A DNA stretch of 63,495 nucleotides, filler included, from Octopus bimaculoides (Eukaryota), in NCBI RefSeq assembly GCF_001194135.2. It is 5 parts of 5 records of this genome, joined end to end, with 100 filler letters (N's around TTAATTAATTAA, not from the genome) between each part and the next. Parts side by side here need not be neighbours in the genome. Positions count along the whole stretch, not along the records: positions 24,775 to 52,492 come from NC_069001.1; 4 more parts are not named here. The stretch is one strand, 5' to 3'. The notes under the pieces are model-generated. The model worked only from the letters and a program-made list of their open reading frames with translations. It did no database searches and was not told where the DNA came from. Below are positions 26,507 to 39,095 of the stretch, in pieces; the first letter of the stretch is position 1, and each line of letters begins with the position of its first letter. A program made the position numbers and the translations under genes.

Positions 26507-27992
26507 AATAAAGAATCTCGTGAATTCTATTTTCTCTTTCTTTCATACATATAGACTTGACGGACACAAAGAAATTCCAGTGGAACTCATACCCCTACTA
26601 CTGATGAAACCAGGTAGCCGAACACAGTGAACGTGCTTTAAACAGTATACTACCAGGTGTATATCCAAATTTAAAATGATTATTTATATATCATTCAACT
26701 ACGGTACTCACACGCAGTATCTTCAAAGTTTTGTCGCTAATTCAGTTCTTAACCAAATTGAAAACTATTAACATTTTTGAAGAGGACTGGTCCCTGGCTA
26801 CATTTTGGCATAAAAACGTTGAGATTTGGTCCGGCAGAAAAAAAGTTTACATCAAAATTTGTAGCAACGTTATAGGAGAGTAAGTAACGCCTCCAATCAA
26901 GTTTACATGTACATTTTTTTATTTTAAAAGCAAAATATATTTATCTTAGCTTCAATGATAAAAAGATGGATGAAGAATTTCATAGTTTTGATCCCATGTA
27001 ACAAAAAATTTGTGAGGTAAAATATCCTGAAATATCCTGGATTCGAGTATAATTAACTTTTTTTTTATTTTAAAAACAAACTATATTTTAATTATGCTTA
27101 AATAATGGAGCTCAATTCGAGGAATTTTAAGGCATCAATCTCATGCAACGATGTTTTAAAAGAAAAAAGTTATGAGTGTTTGTTTTTCAAATTTGAGGNN
27201 NNNNNNNNNNNNNNNNNNNNNNNNNNNNNNNNNNNNNNNNNNNNNNNNNNNNNNNNNNNNNNNNNNNNNNNNNNNNNNNNNNNNNNNNNNNNNNNNNNNN
27301 NNNNNNNNNNNNNNNNNNNNNNNNNNNNNNNNNNNNNNNNNNNNNNNNNNNNNNNNNNNNNNNNNNNNNNNNNNNNNNNNNNNNNNNNNNNNNNNNNNNN
27401 NNNNNNNNNNNNNNNNNNNNNNNNNNNNNNNNNNNNNNNNNNNNNNNNNNNNNNNNNNNNNNNNNNNNNNNNNNNNNNNNNNNNNNNNNNNNNNNNNNNN
27501 NNNNNNNNNNNNNNNNNNNNNNNNNNNNNNNNNNNNNNNNNNNNNNNNNNNNNNNNNNNNNNNNNNNNNNNNNNNNNNNNNNNNNNNNNNNNNNNNNNNN
27601 NNNNNNNNNNNNNNNNNNNNNNNNNNNNNNNNNNNNNNNNNNNNNNNNNNNNNNNNNNNNNNNNNNNNNNNNNNNNNNNNNNNNNNNNNNNNNNNNNNNN
27701 NNNNNNNNNNNNNNNNNNNNNNNNNNNNNNNNNNNNNNNNNNNNNNNNNNNNNNNNNNCGTGTGTGTGTGTGTGTGACAGAGAGAGAGAGAGAGTGTTAG
27801 CGTAAATTTTACTTAGCTACTTATACATGAGAACACACACTTTCACTCAGTGACTGACTCACACGCACACATATAAAAAACATGTATGCATATGTATTTA
27901 TGCATGTACGTGTATAAGACAGATAATGGGTGTGCGTATGTATTTGTGTGCATGTGTGACTAACCCTACCCATTTTACAAATACATGGCAAC

Positions 27993-28028
<36 letters not shown>

Positions 28029-28336
28029 CAATCATTCACACACTCACTAAAAAGAAGATGCGAGAAAAACTAAATAAATTAAAAAATTATGCTATCACTC
28101 TCTCCCTTTCTCTCTCTCTCACACAGAGCAAGATACACCTTCTCTTTCTCTCTCTGTCTCTCTCTTTCTCTCTCCCTGACAACACCTCTCTCTCCTCTCT
28201 CTCTCTCTCTCTCACACACACATACACACACAACACACGCTTTAAATTTATAATTCACTTTTCAATAAGGTAAAATCTTAATTTATTAATTGACACATTA
28301 TTAATTAGCATAATAGCATAGACTGGAAAAACATGG

Positions 28337-29135
28337 ATTACATGGAAAATTCGAACAAGAGAAATAATACTCAACATTATAAACCAGGAAAAGTACTGGA
28401 CAAGTTATTGCACTTGGAAATGTTCAGAACAAGTTATTACATCTGGTAAAGTACAGAACAAGAAAAGTTTTACTTAAAATATTGCATCTAAGGATAAAAT
28501 TTGAATGTCAAAAATTATTTGATTTTAATTTACAAAATAACATTATAATTAAAAAAGGTGCCATCATTTTGTTAAAATATTGACACACTAGAATACTTTA
28601 AAAAATGAGAGCCAGAAGTATATATGGTAGGCAAATTCATTATGTAAAAAGTAGGCATTGGGTCAAGACCAAAACAGTGAAGACTTGCCAATAACTTAGG
28701 CAATAACTCAAGCAAATTTTACTGTGAATTTATAGATAGATTTTTACTGTAATATATAACTGACTTTTGTATTATTATTTATTGTACTAATTATGCACTA
28801 CTATTGTTTTTATAGCCTATTTTCAAATTTCTAATTATTGATTACTAATAAAAAATGAATTTTTTTTAAGTGTAAAAAATTTTTTGAGTTATGTTTTATC
28901 TTCAATAGAAGTAACAAGTAATAACAAATAGAATAACTTGTAATAAAAGATTTAGCTTTTATTAAAATAAAAGCTAATATTTTCTAAATCTAAACATTTT
29001 AATTGAAATTTTATCCTTAGTAAAAATTGTATCTTAAGTAAAACTTTTCTTGTTCTGTACTTTACCAGGTGTAATAACTTGTCCTGTACTTAAGCTTAAG
29101 AATATTATTTCTCTTGCTCACATTTTCCATGTAAT
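28337..29135. mobile_element. Foldback-like non-autonomous element with long sub-repeated TIRs
   Basis: Arms 28337-28477 and 29034-29135 are reverse complements (attacatggaaaat..acaagttattacacctggtaaagtacagaacaagaaaagttttacttaa); AT-rich non-coding interior. Confidence 0.75.
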
Positions 29136-29145
29136 ACATATATAT

Positions 29146-31160
29146 ACAAACCTCACCCACCCCATATATACTTAAGGGACCATAAAGAAAATTTTGTTGC
29201 GAACCCTTCCATTCACCTTATATGCTCCTCCAGTTCTGATGTAGGTAGGATTAGCAAAGTTATCTTTGATAAATTTCTACCCCACCTTCGTACCAAGATT
29301 ATATGAAACCTCTGGACTAACACCACTGAAGTTAGCCAATGGTTTAAGTCCTTAACCCACAAAAGTAAATATAGATTCATTCAAGTAGATATAGACCAAT
29401 ATTATTCCAATGTATCTCTTATCCTACTTAACAAAGCCCTCATATTCGCACTAAAATATTATGACCTAACTAGAAACGATATTGGTATTATCCTGACAGC
29501 CCGTCGAACTGTTATAAAATTCAACGGTAAACTTTGGGCCAGCAAGGACACTCCCAACTACCTTGACATCCCAATGGCGGTGAGCGACTCGACCCAAATT
29601 ACTGACCTTGTAGGATGCTACCTGCTCCACTGCCTCCGAGACCAATTCCTTAATATTTCCAGTGGTCTATATAAGAACGACACTCTGTTTTGCGGTCCCC
29701 AACTTTAGTAACCGGAAAATCGAACAGCTACGTAAGAAAGGTAGGTTCTTCTGTTAAAACGTGAGCCTTAGCGTATCTTTCTCTTACAGCTTTAAAACCG
29801 CAAATTTCCTAGATGTCATTCTGGATTTACAAACCGACGCCTTCTACATACACCATAGACCTGGGGAAGACTAAATTAAGATAACTTTTCTTTTAATCAT
29901 CACCTTATGTCCTAAAATATATCATAGATACTGTGTCCTATAGAATCACATCCTATCCGCTAATAGGGAAATATTCGAGCAATACGCAGAATATTACAAC
30001 AGCGTCTTACACCGCACTGGATATAAAATTTCGGTTGGATACCCCCTACATGGAGCGAGCTCTTACACCATCCCATGAACCGCAGATAAACCCTTAGGTA
30101 AAAACCCGAGACATACCCCGTATTCCACCCTTCCCTCATCTCCAGAATTTAAACTTAGTAGCAAATCCTATATACACTCTTCCCACCTGGGGTTCGGGAT
30201 ACCGGAATAAACGGAATAAACGGAATAAACGGATCAGGACACGCGACGTTGTCTGGTTTCACTCCACTCCGCCCTCAATGTTCAGACCCGACTATCTAAG
30301 ATTTTCTTTTTACTCTACTTGAAAAACATTTCCCTTGATCCAATACGCTTAGGAAAATCTTTAACCCTCAATCTATTAAATTTACCAACTCCACCACTAC
30401 CTTCTATGCCGGTATAATCCGGAGGCAATAAGAAATTATGCAACCAACAACCTTTATGGTACAAATACAACACCCTATAACCTCCAGTCCCTCAACAATG
30501 TCATCATTAAACCTTCTTAACAACGCCGGCCCCCCACCCAACCAGCCCCAATTCTAACACCCCTCCCCCCACGCCTAATTCACTTAACCAACCAAATGAT
30601 CCGGTTAAACCGACTACTGAAGGAGAGAATAATAGGAATAATATGGAGAACTACTATAAGTTACACCTCCCGAATGGCTCCTTCACCATCACAGCCAATA
30701 CCAATCCTAACGCCGAGGTCAATACTAAATATAACACCCAGTAATCATAACCCCATAAACTCCACCTTAGCACCCTCTGGAAGTCTATGTAGCTGTAGAC
30801 GCCCCGCATCCTGTCCATTGGAAAATAAATGCCTCACGAAAAATATAGTGTATATATAGTCTCCACGGAAGATTCCAAGTATGTATGTATCGGTTCGTGC
30901 AGCGTCAACTTCAAAGTAAGAATTACTAACCATTATTCTAGCTTTAGATTCCAAGTAAAAACTAATAAAACCTCTTTATCTAGGGTCATTCATAACGTAA
31001 AAAATATCTCAATTGTACACAGTTTAAAATGCTTTATTGTAACCTATACCAAACCGTATATCCATTATAACAAATGCAGTCTCTTCGTAACAGAAGTTTT
31101 TCTATTATGCAATGCAGCAACTGATTTAATGCGCGAAGCCACCTTATTCTTAATTGTCGA
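29146..31160 (+). mobile_element. Decayed Penelope-like retroelement (RT + GIY-YIG endonuclease)
   Basis: Manual translation: LRDHKENF..SDVGRISKVIFD..WTNTTEVSQWF..FIQVDIDQYY..DLVGCYLL..SGLYKNDTL (degenerate YRDD), then RDVVWFH and LLEKHFP. GIY-YIG region CSCRRPASCPLENKCLTKNIVY..YVCIGS..FKVRITNHYSSF (ORFs 30596-30859 and 30829-31185). Stops and frameshifts present. Confidence 0.88.
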
Positions 31161-32074
31161 CAGAAATTATGTAACACTTTCTTAAGGTACAGATAATAAT
31201 ACTTTCCCCGATAATCCCCTCGTTAATCCTATCACATTCACCCACTTGAACTTCTTTAACAGATACTTGTTTAAGCTGTCTTTACATGTTTTCTTAACCT
31301 TGTGATCCCTTTAGGACTTCCTTTTTGCATTTCTTCTATATATTTATGACATACTTTTTTAAGCTATCTTTATATATTTTCTTAATTTTGTGATCTCTTT
31401 ATACCTTCCTTTTTGCCTATAGAAATATGCATGCGCATACGCGCGCGTGTATACATATGCTGATACTTTGGGCACACAGTGGGTATGCGCATGCGCGCGC
31501 AGGTACGCGAATATGATGTATATGAGGTAGTAAGCGACCAACTTTAACTGTAACTACTATGTTCCCCCTTAGAATGCATCCTTTGAAACCTATCTTCTCC
31601 TCTCCTTTCTTAACTACCCAAATCAACTCACACTCCGAAATTTTAACCTCTCCCTTTTCTTCTTTCTTATCCTTAACCATTTCATCTCTTCTAAACTCTT
31701 TCGTGTGTAAATGTTTACGCATGAGCGCACCCAAGTACCGATTATTGCAAACACAGTAAAGTGGCTCCACCTTAATATTCACTAAAACACTTCCCTTAAA
31801 GTCAGTATCCATCTACCCTATACCACCTCTTCCCTCCCTTCTCATTTTTTTTCTCTTAACAAATTTAGACAAATTCCCCACTCTCAAATTGTTGACCTCT
31901 TCCTTTATTTTCTTGCAGACATTCTTATTTCTTCGACTATTTGTTTTATCTTTTTTCTATTTTGACTTTCTTTACTCTGATCTTTTGGCTTCGCTACTCA
32001 TTTTAAATCATATCTTTGGCGAGTTAACTTGGGATTCCTTAACGACAATATAATCTTCCTATAATTAAAGTATC

Positions 32075-32162
32075 TTCGGCTTGATGAGTAGCTAGCTGAG
32101 TACTCCTCGTTGAGTTATTATTATCAGAGGATCCACTAGCTAGAAGACACAGGTAACCTGAA
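32075..32162 (+). ncRNA. Degenerate hammerhead motif downstream of the Penelope-like ORF
   Basis: UUGAUGA (C3 to U), perfect stem II UAGCUAG/CUAGCUA, GAAG (A to G), GUA site, partial stem I. Confidence 0.45.
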
Positions 32163-32371
32163 CTTTACTTGATCCACTCCTTCAATTTAGATCTTTATTT
32201 CGCATTCATCGCGACTCGAGTTGCTAACCGTGGGCTATAGAAAAAGATTTTTTCAGCTTATGAGTTTCCATAGAGGAAAAGGTTGCGACAAATTATTCCT
32301 GAACGTTCTTTTCTAATACCTACCATGGCTCGAAGCTTACAAGCTTCCTGCACTTAGATCCAGAGAGAGAA

Positions 32372-32410
<39 letters not shown>

Positions 32411-33450
32411 TGTGTGTGTGTGTGTGTGTGTAATGTTTCCTTAAAAACCAAGGAAAAATATTGTTAAAAACGTAACAGCGGATTCAAATTATTCTTTAAG
32501 TTTTTATTTGAGTGTTTTGAAATATGTGAAGTTTCTCTTTTCTTTTTCTGAGATAGAGAATGTAATATGTTGATCAATTTCTCAGCTGCACCCAGATTAT
32601 TACCGAGGTTATAGTTTTAATTTCTCTTTATTTAATGTGCAATGTAATTTCAAGAGCGCCGTATTGGTTTCCTAATGTCTTTGTGTTTAGTCAAATGATT
32701 TTTGAATGTTCTATTATGTGTTCTGTAAATTAGAACAAGGTATTTACTTGGGCAACATCAACTCAGTATACAAAGTATTAATCCGTGTATTCAGGTATTT
32801 GGTTATAGAAACCTAGAATTAGATTTATAATTGAATAACTGTATGTATTGTGAAAATGCATTACGTTTAGACTTGAAACTCATACTTAAAAATGCTTTGG
32901 CTGAACAAAGGAAATTTGATGTATCAGGAAGTGTTTTCTTAAAATGGAAGGAGAGCTACCCATTTCCCTTTGATGATAAATGAAACTCAATGTAATGCAT
33001 ATATTCCTTTTGTCTTGTTTTATTTATTAATGAGGGTTATAAATGATGAAGCAATATTCAGTTTCCAGAAGAATTTGAGTGATTTTGAGCAAAATTAAGT
33101 ATTACTTTCCAATATCTGAATTTATTGAATGTTTCAAAAACTTCTTTGACTGTACATCTGATCGTGCTATTCTTAATCATAGTCCATCAACTTTAAACGG
33201 ATCACATTGTTACCTTAAACTTACTATGTAAGAATAGACCAATTACTTCACAAATTTTGGTGCCGAGGAACATAACCATGAGCAAATCAAAATTTCCTTC
33301 CGTTTTTTTCAAAGAGAACACTTATTCTCGCTTAAAAAAAGGGTATTCAATTGATCTTAGGTGTTATTTTGGCCTTTTTGCCTCATTTTCCTTGATTGGT
33401 CAGTGGTATCAAGTTGAATAACTATTTATCTTTGAATTTTAAGTTTTAAA

Positions 33451-33523
33451 TTATTTTACAGCCATGATGCATTATTATTTTACAGCCATGATGCATTATT
33501 ATTTTACAGCTTTATGATGCATT
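33451..33523. repeat. 24-bp unit repeated 3 times
   Basis: ttattttacagccatgatgcatta twice plus one variant copy. Confidence 0.85.
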
Positions 33524-33883
33524 CCAACCCACAGACCATTTAATGAATGTCTATGTTAAGATTGCATTAGGTACATTATCAAAGTAATTTGCTGTTTGGT
33601 TTGCATATTTGGATTAGTTTCTTTAGTACACTGGAGTCATTTTATAACTGTAGTTGTGTTTTATGTCTTAGCGTCGATTTCTTTTAAAATATTTTAAAAT
33701 ATTTTAAAATGTTTTAAAATCTAAGTTTTTATATGAAGGTATTCTTATTAATTTGTAATAAATATATTGTTGCAGTATCTTTGTTTTTCTAATTAAGCGT
33801 CACTATATACGAGAGTAAAATATATTCTTTTTACGCTGTTACTGTTGGATTCTGCGTTTGTATACTTCTTTCTTCACTTTAGA

Positions 33884-35924
33884 TTAATTGCTTTTGAGAC
33901 AATAACAAAAAGGTCGTAATTTAGGTATCGCAATACAGTTTCCATGGCTGCCGTATTTATTGGTCCGACTAATGCCACCAACAAGTGTACATGATTTATC
34001 TTTGATTTGATAACGGACAGTCGCATCAAACAGCCCTTTACCCGGCAATGTGGAAATAGTTATCTGATAATCTATATAACTTTGTTCTGCTAAATCACCG
34101 TAGGCCACATATCTGTCAATAACATCATGATGACTATATTCAAAACGCATCATCTCGGCGTTGGCTTTGATCATTGAAGCTTCTAATATTTCACTCAACC
34201 GAACTTTCGAGCATACGTTTCTATATTCTAATGTTAAATTGTTAATTATCTTTACTAATTGCTCAGCAATATCAATAACTGTATCATCACTAGTACTCAC
34301 TGCTGTAGTCTGATGACAGGCACACCAATGAGGTAAAATAGTTGCACTTTTACAAGACCTTTCTTCCGGAACTCTAGAGAACAAACTAATGCTTTTCATT
34401 TTTTCGGGAGAATATCTTTGCACTGTAGAATATTTCAAATTGGCTTTCTCTATATGGAGGGCATCTATCAACGTTTCATGAATGTCAAATGGTGTTGTGA
34501 GACGGTGAGAATTAATTTTTATGTTATTCAAAAGGTTTGGGTAGCGATGTTTGAAGAAAGGAGGTGGAATGATAAACATGAAAGGTAATCTTTCTTCGAG
34601 TCGACCTACGTATGTCTTGCGAAATGATCCGAATCGGATGCCGTGATCAGAAAAAAATACAACAAGGGTGTTATTAAGAAGTTGTTCATCATTTAACGTT
34701 TTGAAAAACTTATAATATTCAGCGTCACAGCGACCAGCTTTGTTGATGTCGTCATGAGTGAGACGCCCAATAAAAGATAAACTAAAATATGGGATGTCCT
34801 TGTAGACTCTCGCAAAGTCATAAATATATTGGAGAATTATAGCTGTTTCTGTTCGATCTCGAACGCAGTCTTTCGTCCAGATTGATTTCTCTTCCTCCAT
34901 TGCGAGAGCAAATGGTCTATAATAATGGTCCGTAGGTTGTTGTTTGAAACCAAATTTTAAATAATTAAACGTCCCTATAGGAGGGTCGTCCTCTGCAAAC
35001 AAAGTAGTAAATCCATGATTCTTATATCGCTTCCACAGGAAATTGTATTTATCTAATGGTAATCCACTCAGCGTTTCGTTCCATGGAAGCTCTTCTAGAT
35101 ACTTACCAGTAAGTAAAGGAACCAAGTTCACAAATGTATTATCCGCAACTTTATTGTAGCCGAGCATACCAATGGCACCCAATTTTAATATATAACGATG
35201 TGTCATTTGCATTTGTCGCAAAAAGTTTAAGCGTGACATGGAATCAATACCAACTAGAAGAATATTAATGGGGTTCTTTACAAACGAAGTGGTCGCTGTT
35301 GCCTTCATAGTAGTTTTTAAACTGGAGACAGTTGTTTTTCTATAATTTTTGTTAATATTTGTTAACATTGTTTCAATTCTTGTGGTCAGAACATTTTCTT
35401 TGGGCTTGATGTTTTTTTTATGAATAAAAGCATGAAAATTTGTATAGATCACGTCATTTTTTAGCCCATAACATTGAACTTTAATAAATTCGTCTTTTAT
35501 CTTTATGTCATTATTAAAGTGTGTAAATGCAGGAAGATATTCAAACGAGTGGTCATCTTTATCCAATCTACGAATAGGAAAGACTTTACAAATATTGAAG
35601 TTTCCTCTGTGCTTGTACTTTATTAACGAATGGTTTAGTCTTAAGATTGAACCATCTTGATGAGTAAGAGAATGAGGTTCGGCACACGGTTTCCAGAAGC
35701 TAACACTAAAGTACGTTTTCACTGATGATTCAAACGGGTCTATATCTGGAATGTGGCAAAATTTGGTGCTTACTAGAAGTCCGACTGCCGTAAAATTCGA
35801 CTGCACCTTCGGAGTGCTTGGCCATCGGAAGTTATACATCAACAACAATAAACCGCAAGGCAGAACGCAGAAAAGTACGTAACGACGAATGAAGCATCGA
35901 CACGACAATTTGTTTAAGAGAACT
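33884..35924 (-). CDS. DUF229-family protein (alkaline phosphatase/sulfatase-like superfamily), type II membrane protein; large final coding exon, start codon probably in an upstream exon
   Basis: Uninterrupted 674-codon ORF. Motifs INILLVGIDSMSRLNFLR, GYNKVADNTFVNLVPLLTG, QPTDHYYRPF, HDD, FFSDHGIRFG, LEERLP, RLTTPFDIHETL and C-terminal LRPFCYC match my recollection of DUF229. N-terminal RRYVLFCVLPCGLLLLMY looks like a signal anchor. The ORF-track start at 35908 is TTG, not ATG; the frame stays open to a T-rich tract + TTGCAG acceptor (AG at 35926-35925). Confidence 0.92.
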
Positions 35925-37677
35925 CTGCAAAAAAAAATAATAAAAAATAAATAAATAAATGAAATAACATTGCTTTAAATGAGGCTAGTGAAGAATCGAC
36001 ACGGATACATACAATTTGAAATCAACAAATTACAATTCATTTGTGTAAGTTCAGACCATTGTATTTCAACATCAGCTATCATCTGAAAAATGCGGTTTGT
36101 TTTCTGTTCCGTATGTTTTCCTTATTTCCATTAATTGAGGTAGAGACTCTAATTAATTTTACTATTTTGACTTCAAACATCAACATTAAAATTTCTCTGA
36201 AGTTATCTAGCCATTTTAGCCTCATGAGTAACAAATGCCAAATAGTTACGTACTGGGATAGTTTCGGTCAGCACTTAGTCTCTCCTACCAAACTGTCGGC
36301 TTTTCTCTATCATATATAAAACAGGGTTCGCATAATTAAATTAGAAGGGCCTATTATTAATTCACAACTGAGAATAGATAATGATTACATTTTGCATATA
36401 TTCAATGTCTCATTATATTTGGGTGAACAAAAAATGAGGCATTATGTTAGAGGTGACATCAGTCAGCTATATAAGAAGGGAACAGATTTCTATTCATAAG
36501 GAAAATTTTATTAAAAACTACATTGATTTTGTACATTGATGCAAGAACACCTACGTTACCTGTTTAGTATTATGTTTCATGCTATTATGAAAGGCTCTAC
36601 TCAAAACGTTAGGTCTTTCATTCAATTCTCGACACAAGCAAATCGCATATATTAGCCTGTAGCTTTACACTATTAAGCTTTAGTTCTGAAATGGTGTTGT
36701 ATTCAGGACTGATTACTTAGTGTAAAAAAAAAATGTAATAGAAAAAATTCAATGGAATGATAGTTTCCACTGCTTTTTCTACAGCCGAACATCTCGACTC
36801 GGATATCCACAATTTTATGACTATAACTAGTATCTTTGAAAGATACTGATTATCACTGGAGACAAAATTTAAAAAAAAAAATTCTTTTGATACCTTAGAT
36901 CTGATCCTATGTATATTCACGCCACCGAATCAAAATATGACCTTCAGCTCTTGTTTTTGAGATAATGCACTTAAGCAAAAGGATGTAGTATTGCAATAGA
37001 GAAATGGACTGATTTTTTTTTTTTTTGCAACGATGTTCAAGGCTTGGTTTTGGAAGTGGGTATCTCAAAATATGTACCGCGTGAATGGCGGTTATTCATA
37101 GATAGTATTGAGTAGAACTTGAAATTTGTGTTTTTACACGATAGCAATAAATATGTATCGATCTCACTTGGTCACTTAGCTAAGATGAATGGTCTTACCA
37201 CAATCACCAATAATTAATCTGTGGATAATAGCCAGTAGCTAATTTGTGTGGATCTCTTGCATCAGCAGAGTAAATACACCACGTATCTCTGCTTTATCTG
37301 TCTCTGAGATTGTAAATCTAAAGATGAGCACTGGGCGAGACAAGAAGTCTTTTAAATGCCGTTTTCGTGAGACGTCTCAGTAAATGAACAAGGTATCATT
37401 GATAACTTTCTATGCTTGTTTCATTGTGATATGATTCTATGGGTATACTTTACTTATAATTAAACATATTCTACTTATATGAAGCTATTCTTTTTATCCA
37501 TAAACAACAATAATATAATATAAGAATTTGTAGTCTTCAACCCCTGCACCCGATCGGCTGTGTGCATCTCGATAACCAGAGATGATGGAGAAAAACTAAA
37601 GAATCTTCCATAGATTTATATGGTGAATACATATGTACTGACAAAGAATTAAGTCCGGAATCAGCCGAATCGAGCTG

Positions 37678-37730
37678 TCCCGTCTGATGAGGCTAAGGAA
37701 TTAGCTGAAACTGACCGATCAGTATTGGGA
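37678..37730 (+). ncRNA. Type I hammerhead ribozyme with full hairpin stem III
   Basis: UCCCGU-CUGAUGA-GGCUAA(GGAA)UUAGCU-GAA-ACUGA(CCGA)UCAGU-A-UUGGGA. Intact core; the first pair of stem I is a U-U mismatch. Confidence 0.8.
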
Positions 37731-37845
37731 ATTTCTTGACCGGTGTTTTAGGGCGATTACATATGTATACAATGATGTGCTTTAACTACAGCATTAGAGC
37801 TTTTTAGCTCTTATTTCTAGCAATGTAGGTGTTCTAACACCCTAG

Positions 37846-37890
<45 letters not shown>

Positions 37891-39017
37891 NNNNNNNNNN
37901 NNNNNNNNNNNNNNNNNNNNNNNNNNNNNNNNNNNNNNNNNNNNNNNNNNNNNNNNNNNNNNNNNNNNNNNNNNNNNNNNNNNNNNNNNNNNNNNNNNNN
38001 NNNNNNNNNNNNNNNNNNNNNNNNNNNNNNNNNNNNNNNNNNNNNNNNNNNNNNNNNNNNNNNNNNNNNNNNNNNNNNNNNNNNNNNNNNNNNNNNNNNN
38101 NNNNNNNNNNNNNNNNNNNNNNNNNNNNNNNNNNNNNNNNNNNNNNNNNNNNNNNNNNNNNNNNNNNNNNNNNNNNNNNNNNNNNNNNNNNNNNNNNNNN
38201 NNNNNNNNNNNNNNNNNNNNNNNNNNNNNNNNNNNNNNNNNNNNNNNNNNNNNNNNNNNNNNNNNNNNNNNNNNNNNNNNNNNNNNNNNNNNNNNNNNNN
38301 NNNNNNNNNNNNNNNNNNNNNNNNNNNNNNNNNNNNNNNNNNNNNNNNNNNNNNNNNNNNNNNNNNNNNNNNNNNNNNNNNNNNNNNNNNNNNNNNNNNN
38401 NNNNNNNNNNNNNNNNNNNNNNNNNNNNNNNNNNNNNNNNNNNNNNNNNNNNNNNNNNNNNNNNNNNNNNNNNNNNNNNNNNNNNNNNNNNNNNNNNNNN
38501 NNNNNNNNNNNNNNNNNNNNNNNNNNNNNNNNNNNNNNNNNNNNNNNNNNNNNNNNNNNNNNNNNNNNNNNNNNNNNNNNNNNNNNNNNNNNNNNNNNNN
38601 NNNNNNNNNNNNNNNNNNNNNNNNNNNNNNNNNNNNNNNNNNNNNNNNNNNNNNNNNNNNNNNNNNNNNNNNNNNNNNNNNNNNNNNNNNNNNNNNNNNN
38701 NNNNNNNNNNNNNNNNNNNNNNNNNNNNNNNNNNNNNNNNNNNNNNNNNNNNNNNNNNNNNNNNNNNNNNNNNNNNNNNNNNNNNNNNNNNNNNNNNNNN
38801 NNNNATATATCGGTATTGTATTTTTAGGTGTTTAATTTTATTAATCTTTATTAGTTTGTTAATTTTTAAATTTAATTTAAAATTTTGAAAAATATATTTA
38901 TAAGTAATATATTTTTTTATTGTATCTTTATTTATATTCTTATTTTTCTATTTAATATGTATTAGAATATGTAGTTTTAGCTTTGATCCGTTAATAATTA
39001 TGACAACAATAAGATAA

Positions 39018-39095
39018 ATAGCCTGAGGACGCACTGGTTGACTTATGTATTAGATATAGCCTGGACACCACCAGCGCAGAAACACGTGTAGCAAT
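39018..39095 (+). ncRNA. Type I hammerhead ribozyme, palindromic stem III
   Basis: AUAGC-CUGAGGA-CGCACUGGU..ACCAGCGCA-GAA-ACACGUGU-A-GCAAU; stem II 7/9, stem I 4/5. Confidence 0.7.

Noticed and set aside
24775-27198. Identical 293-bp duplication (24775-25067 and 26906-27198)
   Set aside because: Both copies abut gaps; the 24775-25423 contig probably belongs in the gap after 27198.
37194-37260. Minus-strand G|GTAAGA donor as the missing first exon of the DUF229 gene
   Set aside because: Joining to the 35924 acceptor creates TGA, and no in-frame ATG is available via the alternative AG.
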